64,000 nt of DNA. It comes from an uncultured Erysipelotrichaceae bacterium (GTDB lineage: Bacteria; Bacillota_I; Bacilli_A; Erysipelotrichales; Erysipelotrichaceae). The stretch is taken from contig OW818668.1 in assembly GCA_942493105.1 (NCBI GenBank), positions 894,106-958,105 on the forward strand, given 5' to 3'. The translations under genes were made by a program, and so were the position numbers. A model generated the notes under the pieces. The model did not search any database. It was given only the letters and a program-made list of their open reading frames with translations, and was not told where the DNA came from. Shown here piece after piece: positions 1 to 10,892 of the stretch; position 1 is the first letter of the stretch, and each line of letters begins with the position of its first letter.

Positions 1-997
1 GTATATAGCAGATAAAACACATAAATACTGGATGATGACGATCATCGGCTATTCCATTAATTTACTTGCGATTCCTGCTTTAGCACTGGTTCCAGAAAAT
101 GGATGGATATTGGCCTGTGCTTTAATATTCATTGAAAGAATTGGTAGAGCCATACGTAAGCCATCAAAAAGCACCATGGTTTCATTTGCCTCTAAGCAAC
201 TTGGTGAAGGTAAAACATTTGCGATCTTAGAGTTCATGGATCAAATAGGAGCTTTCTTAGGTCCAGTCATGTTGTTTTTTGTTTTGATGATCAAAGGTGA
301 AAGCAATGTTTTAAGTGCTTATCATCTAGCCTTTTTGATCCTTGGAATTCCTGCCATAGCGACGCTGATTGTGTTGTTGATTGCACGAAGGAAATTTCCA
401 GATCCATCACAATTTGAAAAAGAAAGTATTGTAAAAGAGCCGCTTAAAATAAAAGTTAGTTTCATTTTGTATTTGGCTGCGATTTCACTCTTCGCGTTTG
501 GATTTATCGACTTTCCTATGATTACAATGCATATCTCAAGACAAGGTCTTGTATCAAATAATATTTTGCCTTTATTGTATGCAGGCGCCATGATCGTAGA
601 TGCCTTTGCGGCTTTATTCTTTGGATGGTTCTATGACAAATATGGATTAAGGGTATTGATGTTGTCGACACTGGTTTCCGCAACTTTCTCTCTGTTCATC
701 TTTTATATCGGTTCACTTGAAGGAATGGTTATTGGGATCATCATGTGGGGGATTGGGATGGGAGCTCAGGAAACGATTCTTAAAGCGGCTGTTGCGACTT
801 TGGTTCCTAAAAAAAGCCGTTCGATCGGCTTTGGAGTCTTTGAATTAACTTTCGGATTTTCATGGTTTTTAGGAAGCTGGTTTTTAGGTTATCTCTATGA
901 TATCGACATCAATCTCATGATCATGATTTCAATCGGAGTTCAACTTTTAGCCATCCCTGTTTTCTATGGAACGTATCGAACGAGTAAGCAAGCTTAA
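1..997 (+). CDS. MFS-type membrane transporter, 5' end outside window
   Basis: ORF 32..997 is open in frame back to base 2, so the N-terminus lies outside the window. Multi-TM hydrophobic protein with the typical C-terminal half of an MFS permease. Confidence 0.5.
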   Translation, partial: YIADKTHKYWMMTIIGYSINLLAIPALALVPENGWILACALIFIERIGRAIRKPSKSTMVSFASKQLGEGKTFAILEFMDQIGAFLGPVMLFFVLMIKGESNVLSAYHLAFLILGIPAIATLIVLLIARRKFPDPSQFEKESIVKEPLKIKVSFILYLAAISLFAFGFIDFPMITMHISRQGLVSNNILPLLYAGAMIVDAFAALFFGWFYDKYGLRVLMLSTLVSATFSLFIFYIGSLEGMVIGIIMWGIGMGAQETILKAAVATLVPKKSRSIGFGVFELTFGFSWFLGSWFLGYLYDIDINLMIMISIGVQLLAIPVFYGTYRTSKQA

Positions 998-1012
998 AAA
1001 TTCATTTTGTTA

Positions 1013-1525
1013 TTATTGTGATCTGTGTCGTTTGACTTGAACTTCAGTAACATTAAGTCGATAAACTGTGACTTGATCTATTGCAGCATCTGAATATGTA
1101 AAGTCAGTTGATCCACTTTGATGTTTCATTAAAATATCTAAAGCATTTATTTTTTCTAATCGATCTTCAATGAATTCAATCACACCTGTTCCTATGACAC
1201 TCACAAAATCAAAGGTATAATCACACGCAAGTTCACCAGATATCAGTTGGTGTTCATCATCCATCTCAAAACAAACCTTTGGATTTGCTTTTAATAGATC
1301 CATTTTTCTTCCACTATGAGCAGAGTGAAAGTATAAAGTATCCAGTTGATCACTGAAAGTATAACCAAAATTTAAAGGTACGATATAGGCTGTATCTTCA
1401 TCTACAAGTCCTAAACGACATACCTTTATTTTAGAGATGATATCTAAGATTTCTACAGGATCTATGACAGCTCTATCTTTTCTTCGCATAAGGACTCCTC
1501 TTAAGTTAGATTTATTATATCGCAA
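1013..1525 (-). CDS. pyridoxamine 5'-phosphate oxidase-like FMN-binding protein (NimA-like split-barrel)
   Basis: 170 aa with a general family resemblance to PNPOx-like flavin-binding proteins; no strong motif. Confidence 0.5.
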   Translation of the reverse strand: MRYNKSNLRGVLMRRKDRAVIDPVEILDIISKIKVCRLGLVDEDTAYIVPLNFGYTFSDQLDTLYFHSAHSGRKMDLLKANPKVCFEMDDEHQLISGELACDYTFDFVSVIGTGVIEFIEDRLEKINALDILMKHQSGSTDFTYSDAAIDQVTVYRLNVTEVQVKRHRSQ

Positions 1526-1661
1526 ATATCATTGGATCATAACTAGGGTTAGATAATGAAAATTGAAAGCGCTTAAGTCATATTAGGTGCAAAAATGTGA
1601 TTAAAGTCACATCATAATGTTGAAGAGCATGATAATATAATTTAGCACTCAGGAGGCACAT

Positions 1662-3887
1662 ATGCACAAAACATGGGATTCATTCAAATCAGGTGTATGG
1701 CAACATGAAATCAATGTTGAAGATTTCATTAACCAGAACTTTAGCACGTATGTTGGTGATGATCAGTTTCTATCACCAATATCAGACAATACAAAAGCAG
1801 TTTGGGAAAAATGTGTAGAACTGCTTAAACAGGAACAGAAACTTGGAGTTTTAGATATTGAGATGGATGCTGTATCCGGTGTCAATAATTTTAAACCTGG
1901 GTATATTTTAAAAGATAAAGAATCGATTGTAGGACTTCAAACAGATGCCCCATTAAAGCGCATCATCAATCCTTATGGAGGCATTAAACTTGCTTCAAAA
2001 ATACTAGAAGTCTACGGACGTAAAATGAAACCAGAATTTGAAAAGTTCTTTAATGATTATTCAAAGACCCATAACCAAGGTGTTTTTGATGCCTATACAC
2101 CAGAAATGAAGAAAGCTCGACACACCGGATTGTTGACGGGTTTGCCGGATGCTTATGGGCGAGGAAGAATCATTGGGGATTATCGCAGAGTGGCTTTATA
2201 TGGAATAGATGCTTTAATTGAAGCCAAGAAAATTGACTTCAATCAAATCACAGAAATCAATGATTCAACGATTCAACTCAGAGAAGAAGTCAGCGATCAA
2301 ATTAGAGCTTTAAAAGACATGATCAAAATGGCTTCATCCTATGGCTTTGATATCTCAAAACCTGCTACAAATGCTCAAGAAGCCGTACAATGGCTTTATT
2401 TTGCTTATTTGGCAGCTGTTAAAGAAAACAATGGAGCAGCCATGTCTTTAGGACGTACTTCATCTTTCCTTGATATCTATATTGAAAGAGATCTTAAAGA
2501 AGGCTTGATCACAGAAATGCAGGCTCAAGATTTGATCGATCAGTTCATCATCAAATTACGTTTGGTACGTCATTTACGTTCACCTGAATACGATGAATTA
2601 TTTGCGGGTGATCCAACATGGGTGACTGAATCCATCGGTGGTATTGCCTCTAATGGGAAACCTTTGGTGACCAAGACATCATTTAGATATCTGCATTCAT
2701 TAACCAACATTGGACCTGCACCTGAACCCAATATGACCATACTTTGGTCTGAAAAACTACCTGAAGCATTCAAACAATACTGCGCAAAAATGTCCATAGA
2801 GACAGGTGCCATTCAATATGAAAATGATGATTTGATGTCTCCTTTATATCGCAATGATTATGCGATCGCTTGCTGTGTTTCGGCTATGGAAGTTGGTAAA
2901 CAGATCCAATACTTTGGCGCAAGAACCAATTTAGCCAAGGCACTGCTCTATGCGATCAATGGTGGTTATGATGAAATCTACCAAGAAAAGATCATTGATG
3001 GGATCCCATCGATCACAGATGAAGTTCTAGATTTTGATAAAGTCATGGATCTGTATACTTTGACTCTGAAGAAAGTTTCAGCTCTATATGTCGATACCAT
3101 GAACATCATCCACTACATGCACGATAAATATGCCTATGAAAAAAGCATGTTTGCCTTACATGATACACATGTCACACGTTTGATGGCTTTTGGGGCAGCA
3201 GGATTATCGGTTGTAGCAGATTCATTGTCTGCGATAAAGTATGCGAAAGTAAGACCAATTCGAAATGAGCTAGGTATTGCGATCGATTTTAAAATTGAAG
3301 GTGATTATCCTAAATTTGGAAATGATGATGATCGTGTAGATGACATCGCTGTAGATGTCGTCACCATGTTTTCAAACATGTTGAAAGAACATCCTTTACA
3401 TCGCAATGCAGTTCATACATTATCGATCTTAACCATCACATCCAATGTTGTATATGGACTTAAAACAGGCAACACACCAGATGGACGTCAAAAAGGTGAA
3501 CCTTTTGCCCCGGGTGCAAACCCAATGCATGGTCGTGATCAAAGCGGTGCTTTAGCTTCTCTCAACTCTGTCGCAAAGATTCCTTATGGGGATATCTGCC
3601 AAGACGGGGTGTCTAATACATTCTCGATCCTGCCAGAAACTTTAGGCAAGACTCAACACGAACGCATCTTAAATACGGTATCAATCCTAGAAGGTTACTT
3701 TAAACAAAAAGCACATCACTTAAATGTGAATGTTTATTCTAGAGAAGTCTTACAGAAAGCCATGGATCATCCTGAGCTTTATCCTAATCTTACCATTCGT
3801 GTTTCTGGTTATGCAGTTCACTTCCATCGCTTAACCAGAGCTCAACAGTTGGAAGTACTTAATAGGACCTTCCATGAATCCATCTAG
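1662..3887 (+). CDS. pflB: pyruvate formate-lyase (formate C-acetyltransferase)
   Basis: 741 aa; C-terminal glycyl-radical motif RVSGYAV; GGAGG RBS 6 nt upstream. Confidence 0.92.
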   Translation: MHKTWDSFKSGVWQHEINVEDFINQNFSTYVGDDQFLSPISDNTKAVWEKCVELLKQEQKLGVLDIEMDAVSGVNNFKPGYILKDKESIVGLQTDAPLKRIINPYGGIKLASKILEVYGRKMKPEFEKFFNDYSKTHNQGVFDAYTPEMKKARHTGLLTGLPDAYGRGRIIGDYRRVALYGIDALIEAKKIDFNQITEINDSTIQLREEVSDQIRALKDMIKMASSYGFDISKPATNAQEAVQWLYFAYLAAVKENNGAAMSLGRTSSFLDIYIERDLKEGLITEMQAQDLIDQFIIKLRLVRHLRSPEYDELFAGDPTWVTESIGGIASNGKPLVTKTSFRYLHSLTNIGPAPEPNMTILWSEKLPEAFKQYCAKMSIETGAIQYENDDLMSPLYRNDYAIACCVSAMEVGKQIQYFGARTNLAKALLYAINGGYDEIYQEKIIDGIPSITDEVLDFDKVMDLYTLTLKKVSALYVDTMNIIHYMHDKYAYEKSMFALHDTHVTRLMAFGAAGLSVVADSLSAIKYAKVRPIRNELGIAIDFKIEGDYPKFGNDDDRVDDIAVDVVTMFSNMLKEHPLHRNAVHTLSILTITSNVVYGLKTGNTPDGRQKGEPFAPGANPMHGRDQSGALASLNSVAKIPYGDICQDGVSNTFSILPETLGKTQHERILNTVSILEGYFKQKAHHLNVNVYSREVLQKAMDHPELYPNLTIRVSGYAVHFHRLTRAQQLEVLNRTFHESI

Positions 3888-4617
3888 ACTCGGCTATATC
3901 AGTAAAATAGAACCCTTTGGGACCTTTGATGGGCCAGGGATTCGATCGATCATCTTTCTTTCAGGATGTCCTTTAAGATGTGTATATTGTCATAATCCAG
4001 AGACTTGGCAAGCCCAAATCGGAAATCGATTGAGTGCCCAAGAAATCACAGAGTTGGCACTAAGAAATAAACCTTACTATGGTCAACATGGTGGCGTCAC
4101 CTTTAGCGGTGGAGAACCTTTGAATCAGCCAGAATTTCTTTTAGAGTGCTTATTGGCTTTAAAAGAAGCAGGCATTCATACTGCACTAGATACTTCAGGC
4201 TTTTCATTATCACCTTTATTACCAGAAATCATCAAAGCAACTGACTTAATTATCTATGACTTAAAAGCAGCTGAAGCAGATCTATATAAGAAAATCACTT
4301 CTCAAAAAATGGAAGTGACCGAACGTTTTCTAGAGTTGGCTCAAAGCATAGGAACCCCATTATGGATCAGACAAGTCTTAGTTCCAGGACTCAATGACAA
4401 TCAGGTCAATCTGCTCGCAACAGCTCAACGTATCGCAAAACTTAAGCATGTCGAAAAAATTGAGATCTTGCCTTATCATACCTTAGGAAAGTCTAAATAT
4501 GAACTTATGGAGATTGAATATCCTTTAGGTGAAACTCCAGCCATGTCTCTAACCAAAGGACTACAGTGGCAAACACAACTCATAGAACTCGTCAACAAGC
4601 TAAAGCCATCTGAATAA
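3874..4617 (+). CDS. pflA: pyruvate formate-lyase activating enzyme (radical SAM)
   Basis: [10 protein letters not shown] (CxxxCxxC) radical-SAM cluster motif; overlaps pflB stop; terminator follows. Confidence 0.9.
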   Translation: MNPSRLGYISKIEPFGTFDGPGIRSIIFLSGCPLRCVYCHNPETWQAQIGNRLSAQEITELALRNKPYYGQHGGVTFSGGEPLNQPEFLLECLLALKEAGIHTALDTSGFSLSPLLPEIIKATDLIIYDLKAAEADLYKKITSQKMEVTERFLELAQSIGTPLWIRQVLVPGLNDNQVNLLATAQRIAKLKHVEKIEILPYHTLGKSKYELMEIEYPLGETPAMSLTKGLQWQTQLIELVNKLKPSE

Positions 4618-4633
4618 TCAGATGGCTTTTATT
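4605..4633 (+). terminator. rho-independent terminator after pflA
   Basis: gccatctga / tcagatggc 9-bp stem with the stop codon in the loop, followed by a T-run. Confidence 0.7.
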
Positions 4634-4731
4634 AAGATATATTTTCTTGATGATGTATGGAATATTCTTTGAGAGTTCAATAACCATACAAATAACGATT
4701 TTTAGTGAGCTAGTGAAATCCTATCTCTATA

Positions 4732-5931
4732 CTAGTCTTCTAATGAATTGTTGTAGGTCTTGAGTTCATCAAATAATTGTTTAAAAACCACTTCCAACCG
4801 ATCTTCGTTTTCTTGATCGTCTTGCATAGCATATATGGTTTGTCTAACACGGATGTTCATCATTTTTCGAAGTAAAAGAGTTTTGTAATCTTCATCATTA
4901 ACATCATATACCTGTTCCAATACCACAAGCAAATATGGTAGTACCGTTTTATACTCAGGACGATAGAGTTGATAATTGGCTGCAAACAAATAATAGAAAT
5001 CAATTTCTCCGTATTGAACAGTATTTGTTAGCATCAAGTTCAAAAACTCTTGATTTCTACCTAACAATAGATAAGCATTTAAGTATTGTGTCATGACCAA
5101 AGCTTTAGCATCTTCAGGATCTCTGATTGATGAAAGATTCGCAAAAGATTCCATCCCATATAAATCTGCTCGTCCACTATCTTCACGAAGTTCATAAATT
5201 AGTTTGAGTACTTCATCATCTTTCAAAGCAAGGGGCAAATAGGTAATTCTTTCTTCATAACTTCGATAATTTATAAGGTCTATTGTTAATTTAGCTAAAT
5301 TTTCAGAACTGGGTTCCTCATTATAAGAGTATATTTCATAACGAATACGCCATTCAGAGCTGAAGATTAAAACTACTGCAAATCCAACAAATGGAAGGAT
5401 AAACATTAGAAAAGAAATGGTGCTGATCTTGAAAGTTCGTCTTAGGAATTTAATTGTTCTTGGAAAACGCAACTTTTTAGATGCTTGATAAGAAAGTTCA
5501 TGGTTTTCTTTAGAGATGATCCAATGATTGTATATTAAGACCGTCACATGAATGGCGAAGGTATAGATGAGAATGTTAAATAATAAGAACCTAATCAAAA
5601 CAGGTAAATTATAGTTATGTTGTCTAAATAAAAAGGATGTTGGTAACAAGCCAATATAAACAAGTGGGGGCATGAAAATATATAGAACCTTATTCTTAAT
5701 TATGTTTAGTTTCTTGTTGGTCATTACGATGACCGTTATCATATAGGAAAACATCCCAATTAAGATAGTAAATAAATAATCAAATGGAATCATCCTTGGC
5801 CAAAGGGCTTCTTTAAAAGTCAAAAAAATTACCGCTGCGGGTCCACCAACCACATAAAGCCAGAATAATATTTTCTTGAGCATAAAAAACCTCTCTGATA
5901 TCATTCTACTCAAATATAAGAACCTTTTCAA
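4732..5931 (-). CDS. hypothetical polytopic membrane protein with C-terminal helical soluble domain
   Basis: N-terminal ~190 aa carries multiple TM segments and the C-terminal ~200 aa is hydrophilic; 4-nt overlap with the upstream HD gene suggests an operon. Confidence 0.4.
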   Translation of the reverse strand: MKRFLYLSRMISERFFMLKKILFWLYVVGGPAAVIFLTFKEALWPRMIPFDYLFTILIGMFSYMITVIVMTNKKLNIIKNKVLYIFMPPLVYIGLLPTSFLFRQHNYNLPVLIRFLLFNILIYTFAIHVTVLIYNHWIISKENHELSYQASKKLRFPRTIKFLRRTFKISTISFLMFILPFVGFAVVLIFSSEWRIRYEIYSYNEEPSSENLAKLTIDLINYRSYEERITYLPLALKDDEVLKLIYELREDSGRADLYGMESFANLSSIRDPEDAKALVMTQYLNAYLLLGRNQEFLNLMLTNTVQYGEIDFYYLFAANYQLYRPEYKTVLPYLLVVLEQVYDVNDEDYKTLLLRKMMNIRVRQTIYAMQDDQENEDRLEVVFKQLFDELKTYNNSLED

Positions 5932-6626
5932 TCTGCTTTACTAAAGTTTGGTGATTCGTAAAGTATTGTATTGGTTGCATTACATTCCTTCAATAATTCT
6001 TCCACATAATTGATCATGAATAAATATCTTTGATGACCAATTTGATTGGCTAAAGATGTGTTATAGTGTCCATCAAGTTTAAATAGCTTTTCATAAAAAT
6101 GATTGAGGCTGGTTGTATGCAGAGCTTTGTTTTTGTAATTTTCAGAACTTAGATTTTTTCGATAAGGGATTTCAGGGTTAAAGATCTCGCGACCATGGGC
6201 ACCACCAAACGCAAAAGCACGGGCTATTCCAATGGCCCCAACCGCATCTAAACGATCCGCATCTTGAACGATCTGTCCTTCTATGGTAGACATTGGACGA
6301 AGAACCTGACCTTTAAATGACATTGTTTCGATGATTTCAACCACGTGCTGAATCAATTTATTATCTACACCACAAGAAATCAACCAATCCTTTGCAGCTT
6401 TTGGACCCTTGATTTCATCATTTGATGATTTATAGTCATAAATATCATGTAAGGTAGAAGCTAATATTACCACTTCCATATTCACTTCTTGTGTTTCTGA
6501 TTGTGCTAAGCGAATAGCCATATCGATGACTCTTTGCGTATGCCACCAATCATGACCAGTGGCTTCTTTCTCAAGCAACCTCCTAGCATAACTCATTGTC
6601 TTCTCGATGATTGTTTCCATAGTCAC
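5928..6626 (-). CDS. HD-domain phosphohydrolase (YedJ-like)
   Basis: H..HT..V plus LHDI motifs typical of the HD superfamily. Confidence 0.7.
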   Translation of the reverse strand: MTMETIIEKTMSYARRLLEKEATGHDWWHTQRVIDMAIRLAQSETQEVNMEVVILASTLHDIYDYKSSNDEIKGPKAAKDWLISCGVDNKLIQHVVEIIETMSFKGQVLRPMSTIEGQIVQDADRLDAVGAIGIARAFAFGGAHGREIFNPEIPYRKNLSSENYKNKALHTTSLNHFYEKLFKLDGHYNTSLANQIGHQRYLFMINYVEELLKECNATNTILYESPNFSKAD

Positions 6627-6842
6627 CTCAATACTTCTATTATAGGCTATGTAACTACCACAATGAACTGAACTTCATGTTTCATCAAACCCATCAATAT
6701 TCACCAAAATTTTAAATTTTAGGTCAAAATTTTAATTATGGTAAATTTGTGGGATTATCACTGTCTGAACACTGTAGGGGGTGGATTTGTTATAATGAAA
6801 ACAGAAAATCTATCGTGGTATAGATTTGCGAGAGGACCTCAT

Positions 6843-7721
6843 ATGAAAAATATAGCGACTTTCTCCATCGTAGCCAGAGACCCTGAAACAGGTGAAATCG
6901 GGATTGCTGTTCAATCTAAATTTTTGGCTGTAGGATCTGCTGTTCCTTGGGCAAAAGCCAACGTTGGTGGAATCGCGACTCAGGCCATGGCTAACCTTGA
7001 GTTTGGGACAGTTGGACTGGATTTGCTTGAGAAAGGTTACACTGCTCAAAAAGTATTGGAATCACTAAAAGCCAGGGATAACCATATCGAAGATCGGCAA
7101 TTTGGGATCGTAGATTCCAAAGGTGGAGCTGTTACTTTTACAGGTAAAAATTGCTTCGATTATGCAGGAGGTATCGCTCAAGAAAATCTAGCGTGTCAAG
7201 GCAACATATTGGTTTCTGCTGAAACGATTGAAGCCATGGTTAAGACCTACAGATTGACCCAGGGGACCTTAGCGAATCGCTTGGTCAAAGCCCTGGATGC
7301 TGGTCAAAACGCTGGTGGTGACCGCAGAGGTCGCCAATCTGCTGCTTTATTGATTGTTAAACAAGGGGGCAGTTATGGTGGGTATAATGATCGATACATG
7401 GATCTTAGAGTAGATGATGATCCTCAACCCATTAAGAAACTAATGAAGCTTGTTAAACTTCATGAGATCTATTTTAATAAAACAAGAGAAGAAGATAAAG
7501 TCGTGGTTGATTCTAAAGGTGCAGATCAGATTCAAAAGGCACTCAAGAAATGTGGATACTATAAAGGTCCTTTTACTCAAGAATTTGATACAGAAACCAT
7601 AAAGGCATATAATGATTTTTGTGGTTGGGAGAACTTTGAAGAACGCATCAACGAAGGTAATATTGTCGATAAAAATGTTTTAAAATTCTTGTTGAGAAAA
7701 GCCAAGCGAATCATCGAATAA
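6843..7721 (+). CDS. DUF1028 (Ntn-hydrolase fold) protein with C-terminal peptidoglycan-binding-like domain
   Basis: ATFSIVARDPETGEIGIAVQS is a typical DUF1028 N-terminus and the C-terminus resembles a PG_binding_1 repeat. The track ORF begins at 6738; ATG 6843 or 6795 is a more plausible start. Confidence 0.55.
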   Translation: MKNIATFSIVARDPETGEIGIAVQSKFLAVGSAVPWAKANVGGIATQAMANLEFGTVGLDLLEKGYTAQKVLESLKARDNHIEDRQFGIVDSKGGAVTFTGKNCFDYAGGIAQENLACQGNILVSAETIEAMVKTYRLTQGTLANRLVKALDAGQNAGGDRRGRQSAALLIVKQGGSYGGYNDRYMDLRVDDDPQPIKKLMKLVKLHEIYFNKTREEDKVVVDSKGADQIQKALKKCGYYKGPFTQEFDTETIKAYNDFCGWENFEERINEGNIVDKNVLKFLLRKAKRIIE

Positions 7722-7746
7722 TTGTTTTTCTAAAAAGGAGATGTTT

Positions 7747-8352
7747 ATGTTGATAATTGAGGGTGTAGTAGGAGTCGGTAAAACTACTTTGATGAATCAT
7801 CTTGTCAAAGAAGGGTACATTGCTTTTCCTGAACCTGTTTTAAATAACCCAATATTGGATAAGTTTTATCAAGATCGTAAGCGATATGCATTTCCACTTC
7901 AGATATATTTCTTGACCAAGCGTTTTGAGCATCTCAAATCAGCTGCATTGATCCCTAATTCTGTGATGGATCGCAGTATTTATGGTGATGGGCTCTTTGC
8001 GGCCATGCATGCAGAAGACAAAACAATGGAAGCGGAAGAATATAATATCTATGATCAATTATTTGATGTGATGATCCAAGAAGTCAAGAAACCAGACTTG
8101 TTGGTTTATCTTCAAGTCAGTGTCGAAGTTGCGATTAAGCGAATCAAAAAAAGAGGTCGTGACTTTGAACAAAGCGTAGAAAGATCCTATTGGGAAAGAT
8201 TGAATGAAAAATACGAGTCTTACTTTTCAAGATATGATCATTCACCAATCCTAGTCATTAATGTGGATCACTTAGATTTTGAAGCATCTGAAGATGATTT
8301 AGCGTACGTTATTCTTAGAATCAAAGAAACTTTAGAACAACTTAGCTCATAA
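7747..8352 (+). CDS. deoxynucleoside kinase (dAK/dGK family)
   Basis: P-loop GVVGVGKTT plus dNK family layout. ATG 7747 is preferred over 7741 because the AAGGAG RBS abuts 7741. Confidence 0.8.
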   Translation: MLIIEGVVGVGKTTLMNHLVKEGYIAFPEPVLNNPILDKFYQDRKRYAFPLQIYFLTKRFEHLKSAALIPNSVMDRSIYGDGLFAAMHAEDKTMEAEEYNIYDQLFDVMIQEVKKPDLLVYLQVSVEVAIKRIKKRGRDFEQSVERSYWERLNEKYESYFSRYDHSPILVINVDHLDFEASEDDLAYVILRIKETLEQLSS

Positions 8353-8426
8353 ACTCTTATAATAGACTTAGATTAAGTTTAACAATCATTGGACTTTATG
8401 AATAAACAAACAGAAAAGGAAACTTT

Positions 8427-8723
8427 ATGAAAAACAGAAAACTTGCATGGGTATTGATCAGTATTTTAATTCTCATCGCTTTGACAGGTTGTATCCCAGG
8501 AGATGGCACAGCCTCTTCAACCAACACAGCAGGATTCTTTTGGGGAATTTGGCATGGATGGTTGGCACCCCTGTCTTTGATCTTGAGTATATTTGATAAA
8601 AATATCCGGATCTATGAAGTGATGAATAGTGGATTCTGGTATGATTTTGGATATTATATGGCCATCATATCTGGTTTTGGAGGACTGTCCTTATATAGAA
8701 GGAAAGCTCGCCGTCGCCATTAA
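8427..8723 (+). CDS. small membrane protein / putative lipoprotein
   Basis: Signal peptide with LTGC lipobox-like sequence plus a second TM segment; good RBS. Confidence 0.4.
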   Translation: MKNRKLAWVLISILILIALTGCIPGDGTASSTNTAGFFWGIWHGWLAPLSLILSIFDKNIRIYEVMNSGFWYDFGYYMAIISGFGGLSLYRRKARRRH

Positions 8724-8726
8724 GAT

Positions 8727-9755
8727 ATGCAACACGAAATATTAACTTCTGCACCATTGCTGGATAAACATGGAAATATTGCAGAACCTGGTTATGCAAA
8801 AAGTTTATTGCCAATATATAACCGAAAGGATATAAAAGCACCAGGTTTTAGAATCAAAGAATGGGATTATTACTATGTCGGTAATGATCATTTTGGTCTT
8901 GCTTTGACTGTTGCAGATAATTCATATATGGGCTTAGATTCAATAACTTTCTTTAATTTTGATGAGGTTTATGAGATTACAGCGAGCTTCATGTCATTCT
9001 TCACATTTGGAAAGAAGAATCACCCTTCTAGTTCACTAAAAGGAAATATCCGTATCGTTAAAAAGAATTATATTATCGAGTTTACTCACAAAGATCAACA
9101 AAGAATCCTTGATTTTAAAGTTGAACATTTTAGTCAAGGACAACCTTTAGTAGGACGGCTTATTTTAAGCAGTATCCCTAAAGAAAGCATGGTCATTGCG
9201 ACCCCGTTTGATCGACCTAAGCATTTCTACTTCAATCAGAAAATCAATTGTATGCGAGCTGAAGGCAGTGTTACGATTGCGGGCAAAGCATATCAGTTTA
9301 GGCCAGAATCGTCATTCGCGGTCTTAGATTGGGGAAGAGGAGTTTGGACGTATAAGAACACTTGGTATTGGGGAAGTGCTTCTGGTGTCGTAGATGGGAT
9401 CTCTTTTGGGTTCAACATCGGTTATGGATTTGGGAATACCAAAGCAGCTACCGAAAATATGTTGATTTATAATGGTAAAGCTCATAAGCTATCCGAAGTT
9501 ACTTTTGATATCCCAATGAAAGATGGACATGAAGATTACCTAAAGCCATGGAAGTTCACAAGCGATGATGGACGTTTTGAGATGGATTTTGTACCAATAT
9601 TAGATCGTTCATCTAAAACATCCCTCTTGATTCTAGAATCAGATCAGCATCAAGTTTTTGGACGTTTCAGTGGTTCAGTTCAACTTGATGATGGGAAGAT
9701 CATCCATATCAAAGACTTTATGGGTTTCGCTGAAAAGGTAGCTAATAAGTGGTAA
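8727..9755 (+). CDS. DUF2804-like hypothetical protein
   Basis: 342 aa soluble protein; resemblance to DUF2804 from memory only. Confidence 0.4.
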   Translation: MQHEILTSAPLLDKHGNIAEPGYAKSLLPIYNRKDIKAPGFRIKEWDYYYVGNDHFGLALTVADNSYMGLDSITFFNFDEVYEITASFMSFFTFGKKNHPSSSLKGNIRIVKKNYIIEFTHKDQQRILDFKVEHFSQGQPLVGRLILSSIPKESMVIATPFDRPKHFYFNQKINCMRAEGSVTIAGKAYQFRPESSFAVLDWGRGVWTYKNTWYWGSASGVVDGISFGFNIGYGFGNTKAATENMLIYNGKAHKLSEVTFDIPMKDGHEDYLKPWKFTSDDGRFEMDFVPILDRSSKTSLLILESDQHQVFGRFSGSVQLDDGKIIHIKDFMGFAEKVANKW

Positions 9756-9838
9756 TCATACATTCTAATTTAATTGTGAAATAAACTTTCATTTGCACAT
9801 GAGTATCAAAATTCTGATATTTATGTTATAAATTGGGT

Positions 9839-9967
9839 ATGAACAACAAGACAAATAGATCAATCCCTAAAGCCGTGCTGTTTATCCTTGGTGCATTTGG
9901 TTTAACTAAGATTCTGATTAGTTATCATATCTTCAGTAACTTCTTTGAATTGCTCAGATTATCATAA
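9839..9967 (+). CDS. putative 42-aa single-TM peptide (possibly leaderless)
   Basis: MNNKTNRSIPKAVLFILGAFGLTKILISYHIFSNFFELLRLS. An extended -10 (TGtTATAAA, 9824-9832) ends ~7 nt before the ATG; a terminator lies 18 nt after the stop; there is no SD. Confidence 0.3.
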   Translation: MNNKTNRSIPKAVLFILGAFGLTKILISYHIFSNFFELLRLS

Positions 9968-9984
9968 GTAAGATATTAAATCTT

Positions 9985-10008
9985 AACAGCACAAAGTGCT
10001 GTTTTTTT
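9985..10008 (+). terminator. rho-independent terminator
   Basis: aacagcac / gtgctgtt stem followed by T7. Confidence 0.65.
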
Positions 10009-10014
10009 ATGCAA

Positions 10015-10038
10015 TAAAAAAGTGTCCTAAGACACTTT
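10015..10038 (-). terminator. rho-independent terminator for degV (minus strand)
   Basis: On the minus strand: agtgtc-ttag-gacact followed by TTTTTT. Confidence 0.65.
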
Positions 10039-10040
10039 GA

Positions 10041-10892
10041 TCAATTTTCGATTTGTACAGCGATTCCTATTAATCCAGGACCAGTATGAACACCCAATGC
10101 AGGAGAAACAGGTCCAACATAGATATCTTTAACATTCTGGACTCTTGATAAAACATCTTCCTTTATTCTGGTGATTTCTTCAAGTGCATTTCCATGCGCA
10201 AAGGCGATGTTGACTCTTTTTCCATCTTGAGCATAAGCACAAGCGATTTCTTTGATTCTGGTCAATGATCCTTTTCTGCCTCTGACTTTTGCGATGGTGG
10301 TATAGATTCCTTCATCATTACATGTTATGACTGGTTTTAAATCTAGTGTTTGTCCAACAAATGCTGACACTTTACCGATACGTCCACCTTTTTGAAGATA
10401 TTCTAAGGTATTGAGGACGAAATAAACTTTGGTTTGTAGGATGACTTGCTGAACTTTATCAATCAAATCATTGAATAAAAAGCCGTCTTTTGCCCATTGA
10501 GCAGCTTTAATGACACTAAGACCGCTTCCAATACCAATATTTTTTGTATCAATGACTTTCATTGGTAACTTGGAATGATCTGCCATCAATTGGATCATAT
10601 TGTGTGTCCCAGAAAGACCAGAAGACAATACGACAGCTAGGATATGGGTATATCCACTCTGTTCAATTTTTTTAAGGGTATCCGCAACGATTTGGCCGGT
10701 TGGTAAAGAGGTCGTTGGGACTTCTTTCGTTAAATTTTCATAGACTGTTTGAGCATCGATATCGACCCCATCTGAATAACTGCGGTTTTTGTAGTTGACT
10801 TGAAGTGGTAAAACAAAGATTCCCATTTCTTTAACAATTTCAGCGGGCACGTCACTGCCAGAATCAGTTAAGATCGCTATTTTTTGAATCAT
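10041..10892 (-). CDS. DegV family fatty-acid-binding protein
   Basis: IAILTDSGSD N-terminus and the overall DegV layout. Confidence 0.85.
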   Translation of the reverse strand: MIQKIAILTDSGSDVPAEIVKEMGIFVLPLQVNYKNRSYSDGVDIDAQTVYENLTKEVPTTSLPTGQIVADTLKKIEQSGYTHILAVVLSSGLSGTHNMIQLMADHSKLPMKVIDTKNIGIGSGLSVIKAAQWAKDGFLFNDLIDKVQQVILQTKVYFVLNTLEYLQKGGRIGKVSAFVGQTLDLKPVITCNDEGIYTTIAKVRGRKGSLTRIKEIACAYAQDGKRVNIAFAHGNALEEITRIKEDVLSRVQNVKDIYVGPVSPALGVHTGPGLIGIAVQIEN

